A DNA stretch of 64,000 bases. Origin: Longimicrobiales bacterium. Its GTDB lineage: Bacteria; Gemmatimonadota; Gemmatimonadetes; Longimicrobiales; Gaopeijiaceae. Location of the stretch: assembly GCA_965219445.1 (NCBI GenBank), contig CBDCNQ010000005.1, positions 64,001-128,000 on the forward strand, given 5' to 3'. Positions 8,211 through 17,654 of this stretch are shown piece by piece. Made by a program: the position numbers and the translations under genes. The notes below the pieces were generated by a model. It made no database searches. It was not told the DNA's origin and saw nothing but the letters and a program-made list of their open reading frames with translations. Every line of letters begins with the position of its first letter. Within the stretch, counting starts at the first letter, position 1.

Positions 8211-10227
8211 TCACGGTAGTCGACCCGGATGGTGAGTCGCTTGGCGCCGATCCCTGGGGGCCAGTCCGATCTTCGTGCACAGCTCGCCGAAGCGAGGATC
8301 CTTGCGCAGCCCGCCCCAACCGCGCACCGAGGTCCGGATGAGGAGCAGTGAGGTGTGCCTCTGCTCCACGGCGTCGTTCAGGTGTTCAAACGCCTCGTCG
8401 AGCTCTCCGAGTCCGGCGTGCACCAGTGCCATCTCCCAGCTCAGAAGGACGCCGCCGTGCTCACCCAGGTCCCACTCCTGCAGCACCTTCAGGCACTCCC
8501 TGGCATCATCGGGCCGACCAGCCAAGCCGTACGCGAACCCTAGCGCACCCACCGCCGTTTCGCGCTTGGGAGCCTTGCGGTGCAGCGCTTCGAAGGGGTC
8601 CACGGCCTGCGCGAGATCCCCACGGTGGAGGTAGAGCCATCCCTGGCCCTCGAGGCTCGGCTCGAATCCCGGATCGATTTCGAGGCTCTGTTCGAACTGT
8701 GCCTCGGCATCGTCGTAACGGCCAGCCGCCGTGTACGCGTTGGCAAGAGCGTTGTTGTACGGCAAAGAAAGCGGATCGAGATCCACGGCCGCCCGCAGCT
8801 CGCTGATCGCCTCGTCGAGTCTGTTCTGGGCTCGGAGGAGGAACGAGTAATCGTGGTGTACCTCGGCGAAGCCTGGGTTCTCGGTCGCGGCCCTCTCGAA
8901 GAAGGCCCCCGCACCCTCGAAATCCCAGTCGACGAAAAACTGGATCTCGGCCATGGCCAGGTTGCCCTCCACGCCCTCCGGATCGAGTTCCAGCGCCTTC
9001 CGGGCAGCTTCGCGGGCCAGTGCGATCCCCTCCTCCTTGTCGATTGCCCCCGCCAAACCGAGGAACGTGTAGGCGTAGGCCAGGCCTCCGTATACAGCCG
9101 TGAAGTCCGGATCCAGCTCGAGGGCTTGCTTGAAGTACTCGACGGCCCGCTCCGCCCCGTGTGCACTCCACTGGCTCAGGAAGAACCGAGCCCGGAGGTT
9201 GAGGCTGTATGCGTGCGGATCCTTCGTGCGTCCAGGAGCCAGCCGCTCGGAATCGGCGTCCCCGGGTAGTGAGGCTTGGAGCTTCTCCATGATCTTGAGG
9301 GCGATCTCGTCCTGGGTCTCGAAGATGTCCTCGACGACCCGGTCGTAGATGTCGGAGAAGACGTGGTATCCACTCTGCGTGTCCACGAGCTGGGCCGTGA
9401 TCCGCACCCGGTCCCCGGACTTCCGCACGCTTCCCTCGAGGACGTGGGCGACGTTCAGCTTGGATCCCACCTTCCGGACGTCGACCTCCTTGCCCTTGAA
9501 CGCGAACGAGGACGTTCGGGCCGTGACCCTGAGCCCGTGCACCCGAGTCAGCACGTTGATGATCTCCTCGGTAATGCCGTCGGCGAAAAACGCGTTGTCC
9601 GGGTCGGCGCTCATGTTGATGAAGGGGAGCACCGCGATGCTCTTCTGCTCGGAGTCGGCCTCGACCGCCTTGGCTCTCCTGCCGGTGGGGAGGGGGCTCT
9701 GCTGGAGAACGGGCACTGGCCGGTCCTCGTCGGCCACGAAGAAGATCTCCACGGGCCTGGTCAACGTTCTTCAGCTCGAAACGCCCGAGGGAGCGGACGA
9801 ACATGCCTGGCTGATTCTTGACGTCGTCGTAGACCCGTTCGGAGACGAGCACCTCACCGGGCGGACAGAGACCCTGGACGCGAGAGGCGACGTTGACACC
9901 GTCTCCGTAGACGCCTTGAGCCTCACGCACGATGTCACCGGTGTGGATGCCGATCCGGAGTGGGAGTCCCGGCTCGGCCGCCAGATCCCGCTGAATCTCG
10001 AGGGCGCAGGCCACGGCCTCGATGGCGCTGCCGAAGACGGTCAGGCTGCCGTCGCCGTAATGCTCGAGCAGATCACCCCCGCGCCGCGGCACGGCCTCCT
10101 CCAAGACCCTGCGATGCCGATCACGGTAGGAGCGCGCGGTTTCCTCGTCCCGCTGCATGAGGGCCGTGTAGCCCGCCACGTCGGTGAACATGATGGCGGC
10201 TAGATGTCGTGTCTGCGTTCCGGCCAT
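8211..10227 (-). pseudogene. Class III adenylate/guanylate cyclase with TolB-like and TPR domains, frameshifted
   Basis: IMFTDVAGYT, GDG, LRIGIHTGD, GDGVNVASR, then SIAVLPF..FADGITEEII and TPR repeats. One extra base near 9760 splits KNVD|RPVEIF. Confidence 0.88.
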
Positions 10228-10357
10228 CGCTTCCCTCAGCCTCACCTCGCGCCTGATCCCGCCTCAACCACCCTTGGAGTGTGAAGTGTACAGGGTTCAG
10301 GGGCAAACCGGCCAGCAGCACGAGCCCCTCGTCGGAACGCGAAACGTGCACTGCTTC

Positions 10358-10828
10358 TCACGGAGTGACGCTCCCGTCCGCCGCCACCTCGAACGCCAGA
10401 CCCGGCTCGATCCCGGTGCCTGGCGTATCCACGACGCGGGTGAGGACCGTACCGTTGGCTGACACACCCTCCGTGCTGGCTCCTGTCGCGTTCAGGGCGC
10501 AGGCATTGGGATCACTGATGCGGATCCGCTGCTCGGACCCTACGGGAACGTCGGTGAAGGTGATTTCCCAGCGGTCCGGGCCCATCGCCGTGAGGGCGAA
10601 CGCCTGAAAGTCGCGCCACCCCGCGTGCAGGTGTGTGACGTTCACGCCCTGCACACACTGGGGAAACATGGCGGCTACGGCCGGGTCCGTGGCGGTCGGC
10701 GCCATGTAGCTAAATACGACCGTGGCGGACCCGTCGAGCCCGGTCGAATCATCGCCGCACGCCGGAAGCCCCAGCAGTACTCCAACGACGACCAACCGGG
10801 AGATGGCCCCCGATGAACCGAACATCAC
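10358..10828 (-). CDS. Hypothetical lipoprotein
   Basis: Hydrophobic signal ending in LPAC lipobox; RBS GAGG upstream. Confidence 0.7.
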   Translation of the reverse strand: MMFGSSGAISRLVVVGVLLGLPACGDDSTGLDGSATVVFSYMAPTATDPAVAAMFPQCVQGVNVTHLHAGWRDFQAFALTAMGPDRWEITFTDVPVGSEQRIRISDPNACALNATGASTEGVSANGTVLTRVVDTPGTGIEPGLAFEVAADGSVTP

Positions 10829-10983
10829 CTCTTGCGATCCAGGAGTCGCATCTCGGCGGCCGAATCGCCGCGGGCCATCTCGCCACCGGGCATGGTATCG
10901 AGCATGGCGTCCCGGGCGGCGGGGTCTTGCATGGCGCGCATCACCTGCAAGACCGGCTCATTCACCTGGCGAGCTCCGTGGCC

Positions 10984-12276
10984 CTAGGCGATCTTCCGTC
11001 GTTTGCGCCGCATGAAGTCCATCATGATGTACTGCCCGAGCGTCTGGGTCGACGTGAAGTAGGCCTTGCCCCTCGCGATCTCCGAGACCTTCTGAACGAA
11101 CTGCACCAGATGGGGGTCCCGTGCCAGCATAAAGGTGTTGATCAGGATTCCGGTGCGCCGGCAGGCGGACACCTCTCGGAAGGTCTGCTGCAGGATGTGT
11201 TGGTCCATCCCACCGGAGTTTTTGTAGATCAGCCCGTCGGGCAAGGTGACCGCAGACGGCTTCCCGTCCGTGATCATGATGATCTGACGCATGTCCTTCT
11301 TCTGCGCTCTCAGGATGTTTCTGGCCAGGAGCAAACCATCCGCCGTGTTCGTGTGGAAGGGCCCCACCTGAGCTTTCGCCAACTGGCTGAGGGGGATCTC
11401 CTCCGCCTGATCGCCGAACGTGACGACGTGGAGGGAGTCCCCGGGAAACCGCGTGCGGATAAGATGGGAGAGAGCCAGCGCCACGCGTTTGGCCGGGGTG
11501 AAGCGATCCTCTCCGTAAAGGATCATCGAATGCGAGATGTCGAGCATCAGGACCGTGGCGCATGAGGACCGGTACTCGGTCTGGTGCACCATGAGATCCT
11601 TGTAGTCGAGGTCGAGCGGCACGCCGATTCCCTCCCGCTCGATGGCGTTCTTGAGCGTGGCGGGAACGTCGAGGTTCAGTGTATCACCGAACTCGTAGGG
11701 TTTGCTCGTCGCGTCGGCCTCGACTCCGGTTGCGAGCTGTGGCGTTTCGTGAGAGCCGAAACTCGACGTTCCGAGCGCCGAGAGGAGGCTCTTGAGTGCT
11801 CCGTACCCGAGGAAGTCCGTGCCTTTCTGAGTCAGGTTGAATTGCACCTGCTGGGCCGCTTCCTTGGCCTCGTCGATCTCGCCCATTCCGGTGACGTCCT
11901 GAACGGCACCGGGCATGGTCGGCGCCCCATCCTCCAGCGTCAGATAGCCCTCCTCGACCATGCGCTGGATCAGATCGTCCAACAGGTCGGCGATCTGCTG
12001 TTGAACAGCCTCGTCTCCCTGCCCCTCGCCACGCAGCTCCTCGACCATCTCCGGCGTGAGCTGACCGCTCTCGATCAGCGCCTTCAGGAGGGCATTCTTC
12101 AGGGCGTCCACCGAATTCGTATCCTCGGTCCCGGACCAGCCCCAGAAGGGGTGGTAGTTGGGTCCGCCGGCGAAGCCCCCGTTCAGGAGAAAATCCGAGA
12201 GGAATTCCATGAGGCTCTCGAGGTTCATGGCGTCGAGCCAGCTGCCTCGATATTTGGTGTAGGTCGCAAAACGCAT
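10984..12276 (-). CDS. von Willebrand factor A domain protein
   Basis: MIDAS motif DISHS, TNT, ITDGKPS; start taken at MRFATYTKY. Confidence 0.88.
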   Translation of the reverse strand: MRFATYTKYRGSWLDAMNLESLMEFLSDFLLNGGFAGGPNYHPFWGWSGTEDTNSVDALKNALLKALIESGQLTPEMVEELRGEGQGDEAVQQQIADLLDDLIQRMVEEGYLTLEDGAPTMPGAVQDVTGMGEIDEAKEAAQQVQFNLTQKGTDFLGYGALKSLLSALGTSSFGSHETPQLATGVEADATSKPYEFGDTLNLDVPATLKNAIEREGIGVPLDLDYKDLMVHQTEYRSSCATVLMLDISHSMILYGEDRFTPAKRVALALSHLIRTRFPGDSLHVVTFGDQAEEIPLSQLAKAQVGPFHTNTADGLLLARNILRAQKKDMRQIIMITDGKPSAVTLPDGLIYKNSGGMDQHILQQTFREVSACRRTGILINTFMLARDPHLVQFVQKVSEIARGKAYFTSTQTLGQYIMMDFMRRKRRKIA

Positions 12277-12466
12277 ATTGGGGAGCCCGGCGATGGGTTG
12301 GACCCTACATCTCCTTTCCAAGTCTAACCGAGGTTGAGCGCGTCGGCCACTTCGCCGCTCGGTCTGCCACTTCGCCGCTCCTTGTGCCCCCGCCCGCGCG
12401 CCGGCTCGCTCATTTCGCTACCTTTTGGCCCGTCTCATCATTTCCGCTGACCCCCTGACCATCGTG

Positions 12467-14743
12467 ATGACCATGCTGCATCGCTCCGCCGGCCTCCTGG
12501 CCGTTCTTGTCACTTCTACACTCACCGCCCAACAAAGGCCGGTCTCCGACGAGGCTGGCGACGAGCCCACATCGCTTGCAAGTGGAGTGGCTGTCGCGGC
12601 GGGAGTTTCGGATCCGCCGCTGATCGACGGCCGTCTCGATGATGCGGCGTGGGGGCAGGCGGCGGTGATGACCGGCTTCATTCAGCGGGAGCCGCAGGAC
12701 GGGCGGCCCGCGTCGGAACGCACCGAGGTCAGGGTCGTCTTCGACCAAGAGGCCCTCTACGTGGGCGTATGGGCGTTCGACAGCCGGGCCACCGAAATCG
12801 TCCCAGGGGAGCGGATCCGGGACTACGACGTGGTGCAGAGTGACAACGTGGTCCTGATCTTCGACACCTATAAGGACGAGCAAAACGGTTTTGTGTTCGG
12901 CACGACGCCGGCCGGCATCGAGTACGACGGCCAGGTCGCCAACGAGGGCCGGGGTGGGGGACGCTTCGGAGGAGGCGGGCGCGGGGGGGCCGGCCGGGGC
13001 GGCAGCCAAAATCGTTTCCAGTCGGGTGCGGGCGGCGGTTTCAACAAGAATTGGGATGGAAGTTGGACGGTGGCCTCGTCTCTCGACGGAGAGGGGTGGT
13101 ACGCCGAGTTCCGAATTCCCTTCAACACCCTGCGCTACGGGACGGACAGCCCCTCGTGGGGTTTCAACGTAGCCCGCCGGATCCGACGGCTGAACGAGGA
13201 GTCCTTCTGGTCTCCCGTACCCCGGGAGTTCGATCTCTACCGTTTGAACTACGCCGGCGATCTGCAGGGACTCACGCCCCCCTTCCGGCGGTTGGCCACC
13301 GTGACCCCCTACGCCCTGGCCTCGTCAGAGCGGAATTACGAGGGGGGCGAGAGGTCGTTCAACGAGAAAGCGGATTTCGGTGGCGAAGCCAAGATCCAGG
13401 TAACGCAGGGTCTGACGCTCGATGTGACCGCAAACACCGATTTCGCCCAGGTCGAGGTGGACGACCAGCAGGTGAATCTCACGCGCTTCTCGCTTCTCTT
13501 TCCCGAAAAGAGACCCTTCTTCTTGGAGAATGCGGGCTTCTTCACGGTGGGCTCGCGTGGTGCGGATCTTTTCTTCAGCCGAAATATCGGGATCGTCGAC
13601 GGTGAGCAGGTCCCGATCAAGGGCGGAGGACGTGTGTCCGGAAGGGCCGCCGGCTTCAACGTCGGTCTTCTCCACATCCAGACCAATGGCGCCGGTGGGG
13701 TTCAGCCGGACAATGCCTACTCGGTGGCTCGTGTCGCCCGGGAGCTACCCAACCGCTCGCGGGTTGGTGCGCTGTTCATCGATCGAAACGGCGAGACCTC
13801 CGGTGACTACAACAGGACATACTCCGTGGATGGGCGGGTGGCGATCGGTGATCCGGTAACGCTCACCTCCTTCGTAGCGCAGACGCAGACGCCGGGGCTT
13901 TCGGGCAACGAGCACGCCTATGATGCCAACGCCGCATGGTCCAGTCGAAGTTGGGAAGCGAGCGTTGGCTTACGTGAAATCGGGGAAAACTTCAATCCCG
14001 AGGTGGGGTTTGTCCCGCGGGTCGGACACCGGGCTTACTCGACCCGTCTCCAGCGGTTCGTTCGGCCCAACGGGTTCTTGAGGGAGATCCGCCCCCACAT
14101 GTCTTTCGATACGTACCGGAGTCGGCGGAGCGGCGTAAGAAAGGGCTTCGAGGAATCCAGTCGCCTCCACCTCGATACACACTGGGAATGGCCCGACGGG
14201 ATGGTGATCTATACGACCGCCAACTGGATCCTGGAGGGGCTTTACGAGCCCTTCGAGATCAGGGGCACGGACGTGGTGGTGCCGGCCGGAACGTACGACG
14301 GGTGGGAGGGCAACCTTATCTTCAACACGAATCGCTCGGCCGACCTTTCGCTGACCAGTGGAGTCACCTTTGGGAGTTTCTTGTCGGGAGATCGCTGGAA
14401 TGTCTCGACCGGGGTCACGTTGCGAAGCGGGGCAGCGTTCAGCACATCTCTGAGCTTGGACTACAATAATGTCGACCTTCCGGAGGGTGACTTCGAGACA
14501 GTCCTCATGGGCTTGAACATCGGCTACTTCTTCACACCGCGGATCTATCTTCAGTCGCTCATCCAGTACAGCGATCAGATCGATCGTCTCTCAGCGAACG
14601 CGCGCTTCGGATGGCTGAACACCGCGGGGACGGGCCTCTTCCTCGTCTACAACGAAATCCAGGGGATCGACGAACTCAACGGGCCCCTCGGTCGCTCCTT
14701 GACTCTGAAGTTTACCCGGCAGTTCACCGTGCTCGGGGGGTAG
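12467..14743 (+). CDS. Outer-membrane protein with CBM9-like N-terminal domain (DUF5916-like)
   Basis: Signal peptide, IDGRLDDAAW, AEFRIPFNTLRY, NTDFAQVEVD, FPEKRPFFLE, beta-strand-rich C-terminus. Confidence 0.82.
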   Translation: MTMLHRSAGLLAVLVTSTLTAQQRPVSDEAGDEPTSLASGVAVAAGVSDPPLIDGRLDDAAWGQAAVMTGFIQREPQDGRPASERTEVRVVFDQEALYVGVWAFDSRATEIVPGERIRDYDVVQSDNVVLIFDTYKDEQNGFVFGTTPAGIEYDGQVANEGRGGGRFGGGGRGGAGRGGSQNRFQSGAGGGFNKNWDGSWTVASSLDGEGWYAEFRIPFNTLRYGTDSPSWGFNVARRIRRLNEESFWSPVPREFDLYRLNYAGDLQGLTPPFRRLATVTPYALASSERNYEGGERSFNEKADFGGEAKIQVTQGLTLDVTANTDFAQVEVDDQQVNLTRFSLLFPEKRPFFLENAGFFTVGSRGADLFFSRNIGIVDGEQVPIKGGGRVSGRAAGFNVGLLHIQTNGAGGVQPDNAYSVARVARELPNRSRVGALFIDRNGETSGDYNRTYSVDGRVAIGDPVTLTSFVAQTQTPGLSGNEHAYDANAAWSSRSWEASVGLREIGENFNPEVGFVPRVGHRAYSTRLQRFVRPNGFLREIRPHMSFDTYRSRRSGVRKGFEESSRLHLDTHWEWPDGMVIYTTANWILEGLYEPFEIRGTDVVVPAGTYDGWEGNLIFNTNRSADLSLTSGVTFGSFLSGDRWNVSTGVTLRSGAAFSTSLSLDYNNVDLPEGDFETVLMGLNIGYFFTPRIYLQSLIQYSDQIDRLSANARFGWLNTAGTGLFLVYNEIQGIDELNGPLGRSLTLKFTRQFTVLGG

Positions 14744-14750
14744 GAGAATC

Positions 14751-15929
14751 ACGACCCACTCCAACCCTCACCGAGTCCGAAAACTCCTCCTGGCGCATTA
14801 CGATGCGCACCGGCGTGATCTCCCATGGCGAGTGAGCCAGGAACCCTATCACGTGTGGGTCTCCGAGATCATGCTCCAGCAGACCCGTGTCGAGACGGCG
14901 ATTCCGTACTACAATCGCTGGATGGAGCGGTTTCCCACGCTCGAGGCACTCGCCGAGGTGGACGAGGAGTCCGTGTTGAAGGCCTGGGAGGGCCTCGGCT
15001 ACTACTCGCGGGCCCGCAATCTCCACAGCTCCGCCCGGCTCATTAGGGAGCGGCTCGGCGGCGTGATTCCGCAGGACGCGCGGAGCCTCAAGACGCTTCC
15101 GGGGATCGGTGAGTACAGCGCGGGCGCGATCGCGAGCATCGCCTACGGGGAGGTGGTGCCCGCCGTGGACGGCAACGCCCGCCGGGTGCTGTCCCGCCTT
15201 TTCGATCTCGAGGATCCCACGGACGCGAGCCTGCGGAAGCGAGCTGCCGAACTCGTCGATCCCGATCGTCCCGGGGATTGGAACCAGGCACTCATGGAGC
15301 TGGGCGCCACGGTATGCACGCCCCGGTCTCCTCGCTGCATGGTCTGTCCGTTGAGTGGAGAGTGTCGGGCCATGGCCGAGGGCACGCAGGAGCTGAGACC
15401 TGCTCCGACGCGCCAGCCGCAAGTACGTACCGTCTCCTATGCGGTGATGGTGGTCCTCAACCCGGGCGGCGAGCTGCTGATGGTCCGCCGTCCGTCCGAC
15501 GGTCTCCTCGGTGGGCTTTGGGAGTTTCCGGCTGTTGAGGGCGGGGCGGAGGACGGCACGCCTGAGGATGCCACGCCCACGGGGGGTGAACTCCGTGTGG
15601 AGAGCTCGCTTCACCAGCGATGCCGGGCCCGCTTGAAGGGCCTGGGCGTCCAGCTACCCTCGCGCTCGGTTCGCTTGAGCGTCCTGCAGGAGGTCCGTCA
15701 CAAGTTCACCCACCTCAAGGCGGTGTACCACCCGATGTTGCTGGTCGGTGAGGGATCATGGCCTACACCATCGGAGGGGCCCCCGCCGGAGGAACACGAC
15801 TGGCTCTTGCCCGACGAGATCACACGCCTTCCGCTCCCGGTCGCCCAAAGGAAGATCCTCGATCTGGCAAGGGCCGCCTTAGAGTTGAAGGAGCGCTCCC
15901 GCTTGTCTGCTTCGGCCTCTAGGCGCTGA
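14751..15929 (+). CDS. mutY: A/G-specific adenine glycosylase (start codon non-canonical)
   Basis: RRDLPWR, WVSEIMLQQT, GLGYYSRARNL, LPGIGEY, VDGN, Fe-S motif C-x6-C-x2-C-x5-C, GLWEFP. The conserved N-terminus extends upstream of the annotated GTG at 14832. Confidence 0.93.
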   Translation, partial: TTHSNPHRVRKLLLAHYDAHRRDLPWRVSQEPYHVWVSEIMLQQTRVETAIPYYNRWMERFPTLEALAEVDEESVLKAWEGLGYYSRARNLHSSARLIRERLGGVIPQDARSLKTLPGIGEYSAGAIASIAYGEVVPAVDGNARRVLSRLFDLEDPTDASLRKRAAELVDPDRPGDWNQALMELGATVCTPRSPRCMVCPLSGECRAMAEGTQELRPAPTRQPQVRTVSYAVMVVLNPGGELLMVRRPSDGLLGGLWEFPAVEGGAEDGTPEDATPTGGELRVESSLHQRCRARLKGLGVQLPSRSVRLSVLQEVRHKFTHLKAVYHPMLLVGEGSWPTPSEGPPPEEHDWLLPDEITRLPLPVAQRKILDLARAALELKERSRLSASASRR

Positions 15930-17391
15930 CACCTCCTCCGAACGGATCGAACCCCTTGTAGCCCTGACCCGAAGAACTCTCATGGCGGGCCTTCGCATAG
16001 CTGCCGCTCATCGAGCGGCTGATCTTCCGGTCGGCGGCCAACGCCTCCAGAACGAGCTCACATGCTCCCGCCCGCCATCCCTGTGAGCACGATTTCGGGG
16101 CGAGGCCGACCGCTTGAACCAGCTCCAGTAGCCCGGGCACGATCTCAAAGCCCTGAACACAGGCCTCCGCCGAGCTGTCGGACCCCACCTGGAGCGCTCC
16201 CCCCAGCTCGAAGTACTCGATGATCTCCTCGAGATCCGCGCCACCCGCCCTCGTCTGAAATACGCCGCTTGCGGCCTGGCTGATCAACTCCCGCGCGATT
16301 CGCTCGGAGCCCTGCAATTCTCCTTCGTACTCGAGCTCCATCTTGCCGGTGATAGCTGGGAGGGCTCCGTAGATGTCGGACACCCGGGGGACGACCCGGT
16401 CCTCCCCGAGCAAGAACGCCCTACGTTCTGCCGACGATACGACGGTTTCGAGTACGGTGATCGGCATGCGCTGGCTGATGCCCGAGCGCTGGTCGATCCG
16501 CTTGTCCTCTCTGCCCAGAAACGCGACCCGCTCGACCAACTCGGAGATGAAGTCCGGAACTTCGGTCGGAATGCAGTCACGGGCGAGCCAGGCCTCCTGC
16601 TGAGTGATGTCCATGCCGATGGAGACTTCGCTCGGATAGTGCGTTTGGATTTCGGCGCCGATCCGATCCTTGAGCGGAGTGATGATCTTCCCACGGGCCG
16701 TGTAGTCCTCGGGATTGGCCGTGAACACGAGGAAGACGTCCAAGGGCAAACGGATGGGGTACCCCTTCACCTGCACGTCACCCTCTTGGAGGATGTTGAA
16801 GAGGCCCACCTGAATCTTACCCGCGAGATCGGGCAGCTCGTTCATGGCGAAGACCCCGCGGTTGGCGCGCGGGAGAAGCCCATAGTGGATCGTCAGCTCG
16901 TCCGCGAGGATGTGTCCTCCACGCGCGGCCTTGATGGGGTCCACGTCCCCGATGATGTCGGCGATGGTCACGTCCGGCGTCGCCAGCTTCTCCACGAAGC
17001 GGTGATCCCGGGTCACCCAGGCAACCGGTGCGTCGTCACCCTTCTCCTCGAGCACTGTCCGCGCATACTTCGAAATCGGACGGAGAGGATCGTCGTTGAT
17101 CTCGCTCCCCTCGAGGATCGGGATTTCGGGATCGAGAAGGTCCACGAGTTGTCTGAGAATCCGGCTCTTCGCCTGACCCCGCAGACCCAACAGGATGAAG
17201 TCGTGACGGGCCAGAATTCCGTTCACGATCATGGGCACGACAGTATCGTCGAAACCGACGATACCGGGGAAGATCTCATCCCCGGCCCTGAGCTTGGTGA
17301 TCAGGTTCTTTCTTAGCTCATCCTTCACAGTGCGGGGCTCGTATCCCGAGGACTTGAGCTCGCGGACGGTGCGGGGCCGTTTCGAAGTCAT
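15919..17391 (-). CDS. Magnesium-chelatase-like AAA+ ATPase (probable partner of the VWA protein)
   Basis: GLRGQAKSR Walker A variant, EKLATPD, NELPDL, TANPEDYT, PLKDR. Confidence 0.85.
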   Translation of the reverse strand: MTSKRPRTVRELKSSGYEPRTVKDELRKNLITKLRAGDEIFPGIVGFDDTVVPMIVNGILARHDFILLGLRGQAKSRILRQLVDLLDPEIPILEGSEINDDPLRPISKYARTVLEEKGDDAPVAWVTRDHRFVEKLATPDVTIADIIGDVDPIKAARGGHILADELTIHYGLLPRANRGVFAMNELPDLAGKIQVGLFNILQEGDVQVKGYPIRLPLDVFLVFTANPEDYTARGKIITPLKDRIGAEIQTHYPSEVSIGMDITQQEAWLARDCIPTEVPDFISELVERVAFLGREDKRIDQRSGISQRMPITVLETVVSSAERRAFLLGEDRVVPRVSDIYGALPAITGKMELEYEGELQGSERIARELISQAASGVFQTRAGGADLEEIIEYFELGGALQVGSDSSAEACVQGFEIVPGLLELVQAVGLAPKSCSQGWRAGACELVLEALAADRKISRSMSGSYAKARHESSSGQGYKGFDPFGGGVSA

Positions 17392-17654
17392 GAAAAAGCG
17401 TTTCATCCGTGGGTGGGCCAAATCGAATGGAGGCTCAGTGCCTCACGTATGGTGTCGAAGTTGGAATCGTCGCGCCATTCCGCGACCTTCCTAGCGATTC
17501 AGAACGCGGAGCCGGGTGGGATCAACCGCGGGTGACTCCGATACACCCAGAGGTTTCGGCAGATCCCGAGTGCTGTGCCGGTTCCGACGTCGAGCGTCGG
17601 TGATCACGATTTGCGTAGATCACCATTTCGTCGATCACGATTTACGGAGCGACG

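Noticed and set aside
12950..13040. Gly/Arg-rich stretch in the DUF5916 gene as a separate element
   Set aside because: In-frame low-complexity loop with no boundaries or repeat ends.
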